This document shows positions 8,648 to 17,226 of a DNA stretch of 64,000 nucleotides, in pieces. The notes beneath the pieces were generated by a model. That model worked only from the letters and a program-made list of their open reading frames with translations. It did no database searches and had not been told where the DNA came from. A program made the position numbers and the translations under genes. Source of the DNA: a virus; the IMG/VR virus record IMGVR_UViG_3300036799_000108, positions 2,543 to 66,542 of that record; one strand, written 5' to 3'. Numbering within the stretch: the stretch's first letter is position 1; each line of letters begins with the position of its first letter.

Positions 8648-9236
8648 CGCTCATCCCTGCGGCGTTGAGGATTGCTTGCGCCGCGATGCGTTCTGCCATA
8701 CTCGGCGCCTGCTTGGGCAGCACCTCGACCACCGCACCGCCAACAACATCCCAGCCGCCATGGTCGTCGCGGTATGGCTTCAGCCCCGACGGCTTTCCAT
8801 CAGCGCGACGATCGATCTCCTTGGTGTCGGAAATGATCTGCCGCTCGCCGGCATCGTCGTAATAAGCGATGTGGACGGACACCACCTCGCGGCGATCCTC
8901 CGCATCTCTCGGCCGCACGGCGTCCACCCTGGCGTGGAATTCGGCTTGGCTCTCGCTGCTGGCTTGCATGACATGCCGGACCCAGGCCTCGCCAACGTAG
9001 ACCACCGCGATTGCCTCGTGCGCGACGGCATAGACGCGCACCATGTCGAGGTAGGCGGCCTTTTCCGCGTCATCACTCCAGGGCGTCGGGATAGCGTGTA
9101 TCGCGTCCTTGGTGTGCACGATGTACATCGCGTTGACGCTGCCCTGCTTGACCAGCGTCTTTTCCGCGAATTGCATGTCGAACCTGAGTTGCTTGGCCCA
9201 GTCGCCGCCGGCCGTCTTCGGTCTGGCTACCATCAC
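8640..9236 (-). CDS. Hypothetical protein
   Basis: Coupled overlaps; EAW..REVV pattern. Confidence 0.8.
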   Translation of the reverse strand: MMVARPKTAGGDWAKQLRFDMQFAEKTLVKQGSVNAMYIVHTKDAIHAIPTPWSDDAEKAAYLDMVRVYAVAHEAIAVVYVGEAWVRHVMQASSESQAEFHARVDAVRPRDAEDRREVVSVHIAYYDDAGERQIISDTKEIDRRADGKPSGLKPYRDDHGGWDVVGGAVVEVLPKQAPSMAERIAAQAILNAAGMSDG

Positions 9237-9829
9237 GTATCCTCCACGGTGCCAACCTCGATCGTCACACTAGGGAACTCTCCCAGCAATGTCTTCATCC
9301 GCTGCAGCGCCTCGGCCTGCATCGAGAGCGGCCCGCGCACCCCGATCCAGAAGTCATCGGTCACGGTCGAAGTCTCGATCTCATACACGTCGAGGTCTTT
9401 GATCTCGGAAGCATCCAGCAGCTTGTTCGCTTCCTCGACCGAGTAGCCGGTCGCCAGCCAGTCGCCTTCCTGGATGTCGCTGAGCAGATCGGCAACCCGT
9501 CGGTGATCCAACTCCGACAGTGCGGCGAGCCGGTCGTCGGACAGCATGATCCGGTCGGCATCCTTCTGATCGATGTCGAGGAACACCACCCCGATTTCCG
9601 ACCAGCCAAGCCGCCGCGCAGCGGTGTGCACGCCATGCCCGGCGATCAGCATGGAATTCGCCTTGCGTGCCAGCAGCGGCCGCGTCTGACCGTCGCGGCG
9701 CAGTGCGGCCATCAGCCGGTTGATCTGGTCCTCGCTGTGCTTGTTCGGGTTGCGCGGGTTGGGCCGCAGTTCGAGGATCGGGATAACCTCGACCTGTGGC
9801 GGCGGACGCTCGGTCGGTTTACGCGCCAT
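9233..9829 (-). CDS. ParB/Srx N-terminal domain protein
   Basis: LRPNPRNPNKH...GQTRPLL...LIAGHG..AARRLG. Confidence 0.88.
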   Translation of the reverse strand: MARKPTERPPPQVEVIPILELRPNPRNPNKHSEDQINRLMAALRRDGQTRPLLARKANSMLIAGHGVHTAARRLGWSEIGVVFLDIDQKDADRIMLSDDRLAALSELDHRRVADLLSDIQEGDWLATGYSVEEANKLLDASEIKDLDVYEIETSTVTDDFWIGVRGPLSMQAEALQRMKTLLGEFPSVTIEVGTVEDT

Positions 9830-10007
9830 CGGCGACCTCCGTTGCCCGCCCAGCTACCCACACAATGCCCTCGCGATATTCGCCATTGCTCTGACGGACG
9901 AAGTATCGCGAACCCCAGTTTATGACCTCGGCTGGTGGGCTGAACGGCGGCACCATGACCTTGACCACGAACTCGCCGGTGCGCGTCAGCAACCTGGTTG
10001 GCGTCAT
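9819..10007 (-). CDS. Small hypothetical protein
   Basis: GGGAG RBS, overlaps with neighbours. Confidence 0.65.
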   Translation of the reverse strand: MTPTRLLTRTGEFVVKVMVPPFSPPAEVINWGSRYFVRQSNGEYREGIVWVAGRATEVADGA

Positions 10008-10882
10008 GCAGCACTCCCGTAGAAATGGTCAGCCAGCCGCGCCATGCCGCTGGAGATCAGCTCGGAGGCTGTGTGGGTGCCGACGCGCCACTGGTCGCTG
10101 TAGCCACGCACGGTGCCGCCCAGGCAGACCCACAGCACCGGAGGCCACCATTGCGCACCGAGGATCGCTGACGCCTCACGCACCTTGCGGCAGGCCCGGA
10201 TGTGCTGATCGGTGATCGGCTGGATCAGGAACCCGGAGACGGCGACGCTGCCCACTCGTCCGGCCCCGAGCGGCGGCGCGACCTGCTCGAGGTGGCGGCG
10301 CAGCTCGCCGGCGGCATCGACCTCCCGTGCACCGATGGATCCGGCGCGCTTGAGCACGTCGACCGGATCGACCCGGTAGGCCCGCCGCAGGCGGCGGTTC
10401 GGATTGCGCGGATCGACCGCCCGGTCGTCCACCTCAACGTCGAGATCGCGCAGCAGACGGCCGTGCTTGTCGCGGCTGGCTCGGCGCCGCAGACCAGGTC
10501 CGAGGTCGGCAACTGTCTTTTCCTCGACCCCCCTCGTGCGGGCGCTAGGACGAGGCTGGATGGCCTTGGGCGGTCCGGCCGCTGTCTGACACCGGGGAGG
10601 CGCCTCGATGGCACCCTGCCCTAGGCCGGGCGGCGGCGTGTGGCCGTAGCGCCAGGGATGGATCGTGGCATCCGCCGGAACCTGGCAGGCCGTCAGGCGG
10701 CCACAGTCGAGCCTGAAGCGGTCCGCCCTCGGGTCGCCGGCCGTCCGCAGCGTGACCACACCGAGGATCCGATAGACCGTCTTGCCGCTGGCCGACGCCA
10801 TCAGCTCGCCGGTCCGCGGCGGATCGCCGGTCAGGCGCCGGGCCCGGAGCGTTACGACGGTTCGGATGGTCGTGGATGCCAT
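10004..10882 (-). CDS. DUF6456-like protein, putative late-transcription (Q-like) regulator
   Basis: C-terminal DPVDVL....EVDAAGELR...VLWVCL...GMARLADHF; position after the replication genes. Confidence 0.55.
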   Translation of the reverse strand: MASTTIRTVVTLRARRLTGDPPRTGELMASASGKTVYRILGVVTLRTAGDPRADRFRLDCGRLTACQVPADATIHPWRYGHTPPPGLGQGAIEAPPRCQTAAGPPKAIQPRPSARTRGVEEKTVADLGPGLRRRASRDKHGRLLRDLDVEVDDRAVDPRNPNRRLRRAYRVDPVDVLKRAGSIGAREVDAAGELRRHLEQVAPPLGAGRVGSVAVSGFLIQPITDQHIRACRKVREASAILGAQWWPPVLWVCLGGTVRGYSDQWRVGTHTASELISSGMARLADHFYGSAA

Positions 10883-11058
10883 AGCGCCTTCGCCTCGTTG
10901 ACCACCAACAGGAGCGAACGCATCGCCTCCTGCGCCGCTTGCTTGGCCTGCTCATCGCGGATGTCTTCCGGCTTGGGAAGCAACCGGGCGAACGAATTCA
11001 TCAGGGCGTCGCATCCCACGATCAGCTTGCGCACCATCTCCCGCTCGGCGTCTGTCAT
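10852..11058 (-). CDS. Hypothetical protein
   Basis: ATGA overlap with upstream gene. Confidence 0.6.
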   Translation of the reverse strand: MTDAEREMVRKLIVGCDALMNSFARLLPKPEDIRDEQAKQAAQEAMRSLLLVVNEAKALWHPRPSEPS

Positions 11059-11249
11059 GGCCGCAGCGTCTCAGTGCCGACGCGCACGCACTCGACCAGC
11101 ACCATCGGTGGGTTGTGCAGCGACAGCACCTCGGCCCGCGCGTCGCGATGTCGCACGAAGTCGAGCACGCGGGCATACAAGAATTCCTGCTCGTCCCAGA
11201 TCAGCAGGGTCGCGAAGGTCGATGCTTCACCGCGAATGTCCTCGGTCAT
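11055..11249 (-). CDS. Hypothetical protein
   Basis: Coupled overlaps. Confidence 0.6.
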   Translation of the reverse strand: MTEDIRGEASTFATLLIWDEQEFLYARVLDFVRHRDARAEVLSLHNPPMVLVECVRVGTETLRP

Positions 11250-11512
11250 CTCTCATCCTCCGCGAGCGACGACAGCGGCGGCAGCGTCGATGTGCCTCGG
11301 TGCAATCGCTTCGCGGCTGGCTCGCGCGGCTCTGCTGGAGGGATCGGCGACGGCCTGTTGGGCAATCCGCAGTGTCGTCGCTGACGGCTGATCGTCTCCT
11401 CCGAGCAACCCAGACGCCGCCCCATCTCCTTGAGCGACAGCCCTTGCGCATCGAGATCGCGAAGCCGAGCCAGCTTGTCCGCTGGCCAATGTGAGCCAGG
11501 TTTTCCTGTCAT
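11246..11512 (-). CDS. GcrA-like HTH regulator (N-terminal domain only)
   Basis: W..DKLARLRDL.AQGLS.KEMGRRLG.S...I......GLPNRPSPI. Confidence 0.7.
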   Translation of the reverse strand: MTGKPGSHWPADKLARLRDLDAQGLSLKEMGRRLGCSEETISRQRRHCGLPNRPSPIPPAEPREPAAKRLHRGTSTLPPLSSLAEDER

Positions 11513-11757
11513 GGATCGAGCCCCTTGCTAGCAATGCGCGTTGTCTCGAGCTCGGCACGGAGCCGTTTGAGCGCGTCGGAATATCGCTCGCCGGGCGCCA
11601 TGTCGAAGCTCTGATGCTTCGCGTTAGGGTGTGTGTATTGGTGCAACAGGCCGCCCTGTGGCGGCTGCTCGACGAAGCCGAGCTTGATCATCTCCGCCTC
11701 GAACTCGAGGAACGCCATGCCGCCACGGCGATGCGCGCGGTCGCTGCTGCTCATCAC
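11509..11757 (-). CDS. Hypothetical protein
   Basis: Coupled overlaps. Confidence 0.6.
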   Translation of the reverse strand: MMSSSDRAHRRGGMAFLEFEAEMIKLGFVEQPPQGGLLHQYTHPNAKHQSFDMAPGERYSDALKRLRAELETTRIASKGLDP

Positions 11758-11945
11758 CAGAATGCTCCTTCCCGCCTGATCTCTCGCTCCAGGCGGCGCA
11801 CGTATTCCAGCAGCTCGCGCGTCCAGGCCCGGCTGATCATCATCAACGCTGGCGTATCGCTCGCCATGACAACGCCCTCGAACTCAGAGAGCCCGTCGGG
11901 GCCGGCAGACGGACTGTCGATCGATGTCAGGTGCAGGATCATCAT
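11754..11945 (-). CDS. Hypothetical protein
   Basis: Coupled overlaps. Confidence 0.55.
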   Translation of the reverse strand: MMILHLTSIDSPSAGPDGLSEFEGVVMASDTPALMMISRAWTRELLEYVRRLEREIRREGAFW

Positions 11946-12445
11946 TTCACCAGTTGCAGCACGCGTTTCACGCCATTCGGCAGCGGATTGACGATGTCGA
12001 GTTGCCCCGGCGAGAGATAGGCGGCGCGAGGTCTCGCCTGATCATCGCGCCGCTCGCTGAACGGGCTGTGCATGTTGGCGACGATCTCCTGCACGCAGGC
12101 ACGGACATGCGCGATCTCTTCCTCGGACGGCGGCACGCGCGGTTCGAGCGGCGGCGCCTCCCTAGGCTTCTCCAGCAACGGCGGCAGTGGGCGATGCTCG
12201 CGCCACCAGTCGGACAGCCACGCCGCGAGTTCGCCGTAGGTCGGGAAGCCTTTCACCGCCTTGGCGGCGACGTGCTCCAGGCTGGCGGTCGTGAAGGCGC
12301 CATCGGGGAAGCGATCGAACAGCAGCGGCACGTAGGCCGCGAGCTTCATCTCGGCTTCCTGGCGCGAGATGCTAACCGCTGACAGCACGCCGAGGGATTG
12401 GCACCACTGTCGCACCACCGGGATGTGTGTCTTTTGGTTCGGCAT
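11942..12445 (-). CDS. Putative replisome partner / helicase-loader-like protein
   Basis: Directly follows the YdaU initiator; KGFPTYGEL motif; function inferred from synteny. Confidence 0.5.
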   Translation of the reverse strand: MPNQKTHIPVVRQWCQSLGVLSAVSISRQEAEMKLAAYVPLLFDRFPDGAFTTASLEHVAAKAVKGFPTYGELAAWLSDWWREHRPLPPLLEKPREAPPLEPRVPPSEEEIAHVRACVQEIVANMHSPFSERRDDQARPRAAYLSPGQLDIVNPLPNGVKRVLQLVK

Positions 12446-13013
12446 CGATCGTCTCCTGCAGGTCGGCGAAAGTGCTACCGACGAACCCGTTCCGAGGTTC
12501 CTTCACCCTTCCACCATCATAACGAGCCGCCCGCGTTTCCCCCCGATCGGGGGGAATTAAAGGGGGGGCTTTCTGTGTTCTTGGTTGTGGATCTGGAGTC
12601 GCGCGCACGCGGCCGTGATCGCGCGAGTCATCGCTATTTTCTGGATGGCATATGCCATCTTCTCCGTTGGCATGTGCCATTTTCCATCGGCGGCTAGCGC
12701 CTTGTTTTCCAGCAGCTTGCTTGACTTCGCTCACATTCCTGGCGCGCTCCCGTTCAGTGTCGATCCTCCGATGCACCCAGCATCCGTCCTGGCAACTGAA
12801 AAGCGCCATCGCGGGAGCCGCTTGGCGACGCCATTGCGGCACGCTGATCTTGGCGATCCTGGCCAGCGCTGCCTCGTCGGTCGGCAGCTCGCCGCGCTTG
12901 AAGTAATGCATGATCAGCAAGAGGTAGATGCCGTGCTGAAACGTGGTCAGATGCATCGTGTCGGCGAGGTAATCGCCCACGTTGAATCGCATCCAATGGT
13001 CGGTCGAGGCCAT
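12372..13013 (-). CDS. YdaU/DUF1376 family replication initiator
   Basis: WMRFNVGDYLADTMHLTTFQHGIYLLLIMHYF..GELP.DE..LARIA; ATG at 13013. Confidence 0.9.
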   Translation of the reverse strand: MASTDHWMRFNVGDYLADTMHLTTFQHGIYLLLIMHYFKRGELPTDEAALARIAKISVPQWRRQAAPAMALFSCQDGCWVHRRIDTERERARNVSEVKQAAGKQGASRRWKMAHANGEDGICHPENSDDSRDHGRVRATPDPQPRTQKAPPLIPPDRGETRAARYDGGRVKEPRNGFVGSTFADLQETIDAEPKDTHPGGATVVPIPRRAVSG

Positions 13014-13014
13014 C

Positions 13015-13239
13015 TCAGAGCAGACCAAGCACACGGTAATGACGCTCAACCTTGGCCAGCGACATGCCGAACATTTTTGCGACCTCCTCTGGGCTCGGCA
13101 GCAGCCCGGTCGCGGCTAGCTGGCGATCGGCAAATGCCTTGATGCTGGCGGTGCGCGGCGTAGCGTCTGGATGATCACCGCGGTAGCGCTGATAGAGCGC
13201 GGTCTTCTGCCCGCCGCCATGTCGGTATGCGTGGGCCAT
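13015..13239 (-). CDS. Small HTH-like hypothetical protein
   Basis: PSPEEVAKMFGMSLAKVERHYRVL. Confidence 0.6.
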   Translation of the reverse strand: MAHAYRHGGGQKTALYQRYRGDHPDATPRTASIKAFADRQLAATGLLPSPEEVAKMFGMSLAKVERHYRVLGLL

Positions 13240-13274
13240 CACGGCCAGAACTCATCGGGGTGCGGCCAGCCAGA

Positions 13275-13317
13275 AGGGCAGGAGCTAGCCCGGCGAACCG
13301 GACTAGCCCCCTGCCCT
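13275..13317 (-). terminator. Long hairpin with UUCG loop directly after the 26-aa ORF
   Basis: About 19-bp stem; the two imperfect pairs are G-U only in minus-strand RNA. Confidence 0.65.
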
Positions 13318-13396
13318 ACCGCCGACGTATGCTGATCTTGACCTTCACGGCCACGACCACCACTATCCACGGCAGGAACTTGCGATGTTCTAGCAT
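13316..13396 (-). CDS. 26-aa cationic hydrophobic peptide MLEHRKFLPWIVVVVAVKVKISIRRR, putative type I toxin
   Basis: Translated by hand; RBS GAGGGAG 6 nt upstream; flanked by hairpins. Confidence 0.6.
   Translation of the reverse strand: MLEHRKFLPWIVVVVAVKVKISIRRR
13338..13366 (+). promoter_or_regulatory. Sigma70-like antisense promoter inside the peptide ORF
   Basis: TTGACC(13338-43)-N17-CACTAT(13361-66). Confidence 0.5.
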
Positions 13397-13450
13397 CACA
13401 TGCTCCCTCTGAACGCCCGTCAGGCCCATCCTGGCGGGCGTTGCCGTTTT
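13373..13450 (+). ncRNA. Predicted ~75-80 nt antisense RNA covering the peptide start codon and RBS
   Basis: Promoter above; ends in a 13-bp hairpin (13412-13442; G-U pair only in + RNA) followed by GCCGTTTT. Confidence 0.45.
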
Positions 13451-13477
13451 GAGGCCGACGAGGTGCGCGACGCAAGG

Positions 13478-13759
13478 TCATGCTGCCTGCTCCGGTAGCT
13501 CGAGCGGACAATCAACCGTCCGGTAGGTGACGCCAGTCGAGCGCACGCGAATGATGTAGTGGCCGCGCCTGTGACCGACATCGATCATTCCCTGCTTCGC
13601 GAGCCATGCGATCGAATGCGAGAGCCGGTATGGATCGATCGTTTCGGACAGCATCACGCTGATCTCGTGAAGAGGTGGCAGCTCCTCGTCCTTGCGCACG
13701 ACCAGCCACTCGTAGAACAGCATTGCAGCGCGGTGGGTCCATGAGCGGGAAGAGGTCAT
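13478..13759 (-). CDS. Winged-helix-like hypothetical protein
   Basis: LPPLHEISVML...SHSIAWLAKQGMIDV; ATGA overlaps. Confidence 0.6.
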   Translation of the reverse strand: MTSSRSWTHRAAMLFYEWLVVRKDEELPPLHEISVMLSETIDPYRLSHSIAWLAKQGMIDVGHRRGHYIIRVRSTGVTYRTVDCPLELPEQAA

Positions 13760-14019
13760 GATACTCGGTCCGGAGATGCTGAGACGATTTGGTCCCACCG
13801 TCTGTCGTAGAGATGCATGCCCCAGACACTTCGATCGTCGCAAAGCGCAAACAACCGCACCCCGCCATCATTGGCGCAGGCGGAGATCTGAACGATCTGC
13901 ACTCCTGATGGCGGACCAACGGGCAACGAAGGGCGTAGCTGGGGTGTGCCGTCCGAGATGCTCAAGCCACTTCTTAGAGCCTTGGCAGCGCGCGTGGTCC
14001 ATGAGCGGGCGGAGGTCAT
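13756..14019 (-). CDS. Hypothetical protein
   Basis: LFALCDDRSVW; coupled at both ends. Confidence 0.55.
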   Translation of the reverse strand: MTSARSWTTRAAKALRSGLSISDGTPQLRPSLPVGPPSGVQIVQISACANDGGVRLFALCDDRSVWGMHLYDRRWDQIVSASPDRVS

Positions 14020-14642
14020 TGGGTAACCTCGCTGAGAAAGGTCGAGCGATCATTTGGCGATGCGCGCTTCCAGGCGCGACGGAGCACGGTAAGCTGGGAA
14101 GTCTCCGTGATGATGCCGGCAGCGAGCGCAGCGGCACGGGCTGATCGGAACTCACCAGCGGCGAGGCGTTTGGCGAACTCCGGAGCGTCACGCTTGAGGC
14201 GGCCGATCAGATAGGCGGAACCACGGCCGATAAAACCAGTAGTGTTACTATCGGTTTTATGTCCACGCCCTGGGCCTGCATGAATCGCCGGTCCTGCGGC
14301 GGGCACCGCGTCGACCACGTCCCGCAGGAGCTTGCGATCGTCCTCCTCGACCATGATCGCGCGTACAACCTCGACACGCATCCCGAGACCGAACGGCTCC
14401 GGGTATTGGACGAAGTCCTCCCAGGTCGAGAATGTCGATCCATCACGATCGGTCAGTTTGGTGAAGTGCTGATCCTTCGCGAACGAGAGCAACCGATACT
14501 TGAGGCTGGACACCGCGCTCTGTGATTGGCGCTTCAGTTCTCGGATCCGTTCTAGGGCGGCCTTGCACCACGCGGCCGATCCGGAGGGCGCGTTCGGATC
14601 GCCGACGTCGAATAGCTGCGAAGTTCGCGTGATCGCGTTCAT
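14016..14642 (-). CDS. Conserved phage hypothetical protein
   Basis: C-terminal GSAYLIGRLKRD.PE.A.RLAAGEFRSARAAALAAGI motif; ATGA-coupled to the helicase. Confidence 0.7.
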   Translation of the reverse strand: MNAITRTSQLFDVGDPNAPSGSAAWCKAALERIRELKRQSQSAVSSLKYRLLSFAKDQHFTKLTDRDGSTFSTWEDFVQYPEPFGLGMRVEVVRAIMVEEDDRKLLRDVVDAVPAAGPAIHAGPGRGHKTDSNTTGFIGRGSAYLIGRLKRDAPEFAKRLAAGEFRSARAAALAAGIITETSQLTVLRRAWKRASPNDRSTFLSEVTQ

Positions 14643-16357
14643 AACGGATACCAGCGCGGCAGATCGACATACCAAAGCTGGCGCAGCTCGTTCTCCGTCA
14701 TGACTTCGCGGTTCTTGCCGCAACGGCGGATTATCTCGCTGTTGATGGCATGCGCGCGTTCGCCGGCCTGCTCGCCCTCGCGCTCAGCGACGGCGTGCAC
14801 ATGGGCATCACACCATTTCTTCAATTGGTCGGTCCGCTGTGTCGGCGTCAGTGGTGACGCGGCGTCGCCATCGTCATCATCTTCATCCTCACGGCCAGTC
14901 GCTTCCAGCACGTCATCGATGAACCGCTTGAGCGCCAGTGGTGACGCCGACACGCCGTTACGCTCCGCCGCCGCACAAATGTCCCGGTATTCCTTGTCGC
15001 TGGTCGCAAACCCGGTTTCGAACTCGCTGGCGCGAATTGCACCGATCGAGCCGTTCATAGGCACGATGCCACCCGATCGGTCACCGCCGTTGCCGCCGCC
15101 CGTCGCGCTGCGCTCACGCATGAACGGCTGTTGCTGCGCACGGATTGTGGTGATGATCGAGTTCATAAGCGGATCATCAGGGCACCAGATATGCGCGGCC
15201 TGCGTTGACCATGCCCCCGCTTTGTCATCGAATCGCGTAGCCCGTGCGAGGGCTTGGTAAATCCAAGGCATCGACCGGATATGCGTGAGCAACGCAACGT
15301 GAGTGATTGAGGGGCAATCCATCCCCTCATAGGCCATCGCCACCGTGACCAGTGCATCGAGGTGCGGTCGTTCATTGCCCTTTAGTCGCTCGATATTCCG
15401 CAGAGCGTCGGCGGTGTCATCACTGGTGGCGATGCCGCAATGCGGAAGGCCGAGGCGTTGGATATGCTTTTGAAACCGCTGTGCCAGCTTCTTCCGTGGA
15501 GCGATGCAGAGGAATTTAGCGTGTGGATGCCTCTGTCTATACGAATTGAAGTGAGCGACCGCCTCGCTCAATAGCTCAAGCGCGTATGTTTCCTGTAGCA
15601 CTGTGAAGATTGCCGACCGCGCGTCGTCATCATCCGCTGCACTAATCCTGTCGACAAGTCGTTCGTTGTTGCCGTTGTCGCGCCACTGTGCGCTGCCATC
15701 GACATGATGGAACACAAGCGGGATGATCGCTTCCTCGTTCAAGGCATTGCGCCAGTCATAGCGGAATACCTGTTGCGCGGCGGTGTTTTCTAGGTTCGCC
15801 TGTGACTTGCCATGCGCGAGTGGGCCATAATCGAGGAACGCAACCTGCTGCTCATCGTGCCGCTGGAACGTTCCCGACGCCAGCAAGGTGACCGGAGCCA
15901 GTTTGACCAGTTCTGCAAGTTTCCGGTGACGGGTGGAACCATCAACAATGTGATGCCCCTCATCGATGATCAGGCCGGTCCGCTTCCGGCGGAAATAGTC
16001 AATATGCAGATCGATGCGGTCATCTGCCGCGTCGAAGGTCGTGGCATACCCAAACGTGCCACCGTCAGCATTCAGAGGATTGCCTGGCGCGGCCTTAATT
16101 TCAAGCTGGTGACCGATCAGATGACGCAGCCAGGGCGCGACGAACACATGCTCGGCCTGTGAGCACAGTGCGACGCGAGGGCAGAGCCACACCAGGCCAT
16201 CGATGATGCCGCGTGTATGCAGCCGGTGCGCCATGATGGGTCCAAGGCTAGACTTCCCTCCGCCTGGGCAAACGTCGCCGAGTAGCAACCGAATGTCAGT
16301 GCCGCATTCCTGTGCACGCACGAATTGATCGAACTCATACTGAAACCGCCGGAACAT
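14639..16357 (-). CDS. SF2 DEAD/DEAH-box (ResIII-like) helicase
   Basis: PGGGKS (Walker A), IIDEGHH (II), SGT (III), MAYEGMDCP (V), QALARATR (VI). Confidence 0.92.
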   Translation of the reverse strand: MFRRFQYEFDQFVRAQECGTDIRLLLGDVCPGGGKSSLGPIMAHRLHTRGIIDGLVWLCPRVALCSQAEHVFVAPWLRHLIGHQLEIKAAPGNPLNADGGTFGYATTFDAADDRIDLHIDYFRRKRTGLIIDEGHHIVDGSTRHRKLAELVKLAPVTLLASGTFQRHDEQQVAFLDYGPLAHGKSQANLENTAAQQVFRYDWRNALNEEAIIPLVFHHVDGSAQWRDNGNNERLVDRISAADDDDARSAIFTVLQETYALELLSEAVAHFNSYRQRHPHAKFLCIAPRKKLAQRFQKHIQRLGLPHCGIATSDDTADALRNIERLKGNERPHLDALVTVAMAYEGMDCPSITHVALLTHIRSMPWIYQALARATRFDDKAGAWSTQAAHIWCPDDPLMNSIITTIRAQQQPFMRERSATGGGNGGDRSGGIVPMNGSIGAIRASEFETGFATSDKEYRDICAAAERNGVSASPLALKRFIDDVLEATGREDEDDDDGDAASPLTPTQRTDQLKKWCDAHVHAVAEREGEQAGERAHAINSEIIRRCGKNREVMTENELRQLWYVDLPRWYPL

Positions 16358-16553
16358 CCTTCCCCCCCTTAGTCAGATTGCAGCGCTGACAAAGTGCCTG
16401 CATGTCGTGCACGTTGGTGTCGTGCGTGATGCGGAATGGCGTGATGTGGTCGGCGTGAAAGCTGCGATCGAGCGGCTTGCCGCATTCGCGGCACTGACCG
16501 TTTGCAGCGAGCCAGAGGTCGATCCGCTGATTTTTGGTGGCGCGCCGTCTCAT
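16335..16553 (-). CDS. HNH endonuclease (72 aa)
   Basis: CRECG...HADHITPF...MQALCQRCNLTKG. Confidence 0.88.
   Translation of the reverse strand: MRRRATKNQRIDLWLAANGQCRECGKPLDRSFHADHITPFRITHDTNVHDMQALCQRCNLTKGGKDVPAVSV
16362..16368 (-). repeat. G7 homopolymer at the HNH/helicase junction
   Basis: Minus strand ACT AAG GGG GGG AAG GAT GTT; the helicase ATG is in the +1 frame. Confidence 0.9.
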
Positions 16554-16783
16554 GCCGCCCTCTCACTGCCGAGCAGCCCCGCATGGAAGCTGCATAAATT
16601 CCGATCTGGTTGGGCACGTTGCAGCAGGATGCCTGCCTCGCGGACCGCGACCTGGCCGACGATGACAACGGTTACTGGCTTGCCGCAGACGCGGCACCGA
16701 CGCTTGTCGTAGAGCGCGCGCAACTCGGCGCGGAACTCCTCGATCGCCTGCTTGTCGCTGGGTGTGACTGTGCGGCGTTTCAT
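16550..16783 (-). CDS. Small CxxC-containing hypothetical protein
   Basis: CRVCG..LCSFH; ATGA overlaps. Confidence 0.6.
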   Translation of the reverse strand: MKRRTVTPSDKQAIEEFRAELRALYDKRRCRVCGKPVTVVIVGQVAVREAGILLQRAQPDRNLCSFHAGLLGSERAA

Positions 16784-17214
16784 GGTGCCATCACCTCATG
16801 CGGAATCATGAGGCCCCAGCGGTTGGCGGTGTCGTGAACCTGCCAAATGGTCCAGCAGATTTTAATCGGCACCTGGGCCTTCTTCAGCCCCAGCATGAAC
16901 TCGACCTGGTCGTCGCTAGGATGTTCGGCTTCGTACGCGTTGCGTTTCAGCTCGATGGCGAAGCCGCGACCGCGATGCCAGAACAGATAATCGCAGATTC
17001 CCGGTTTGACGCCGCGAGCCTTTCGCTTCTGCGCCTGGAGGAAACCTATCGGCCTGCCGTTGCGGCCGATGGTGGGGTCAAGCGTGTGCGCGTGATCTAC
17101 GGCGGTCCACTGGACTGTGGACAGCAGAAGCCGCGTGAGCATGTTGGTGCAGTCGATCTGCAGCTCATGTTCAAGCCGCTCTGGCGCCTCGAGGATGAAT
17201 GCTGTGCGGCCCAC
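16780..17214 (-). CDS. VRR-NUC-like PD-(D/E)xK nuclease
   Basis: EHELQ...GVKPGICDYL...AIELK...SDDQVEF. Confidence 0.8.
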   Translation of the reverse strand: MGRTAFILEAPERLEHELQIDCTNMLTRLLLSTVQWTAVDHAHTLDPTIGRNGRPIGFLQAQKRKARGVKPGICDYLFWHRGRGFAIELKRNAYEAEHPSDDQVEFMLGLKKAQVPIKICWTIWQVHDTANRWGLMIPHEVMAP

Positions 17215-17226
17215 TACATGGGCCGA

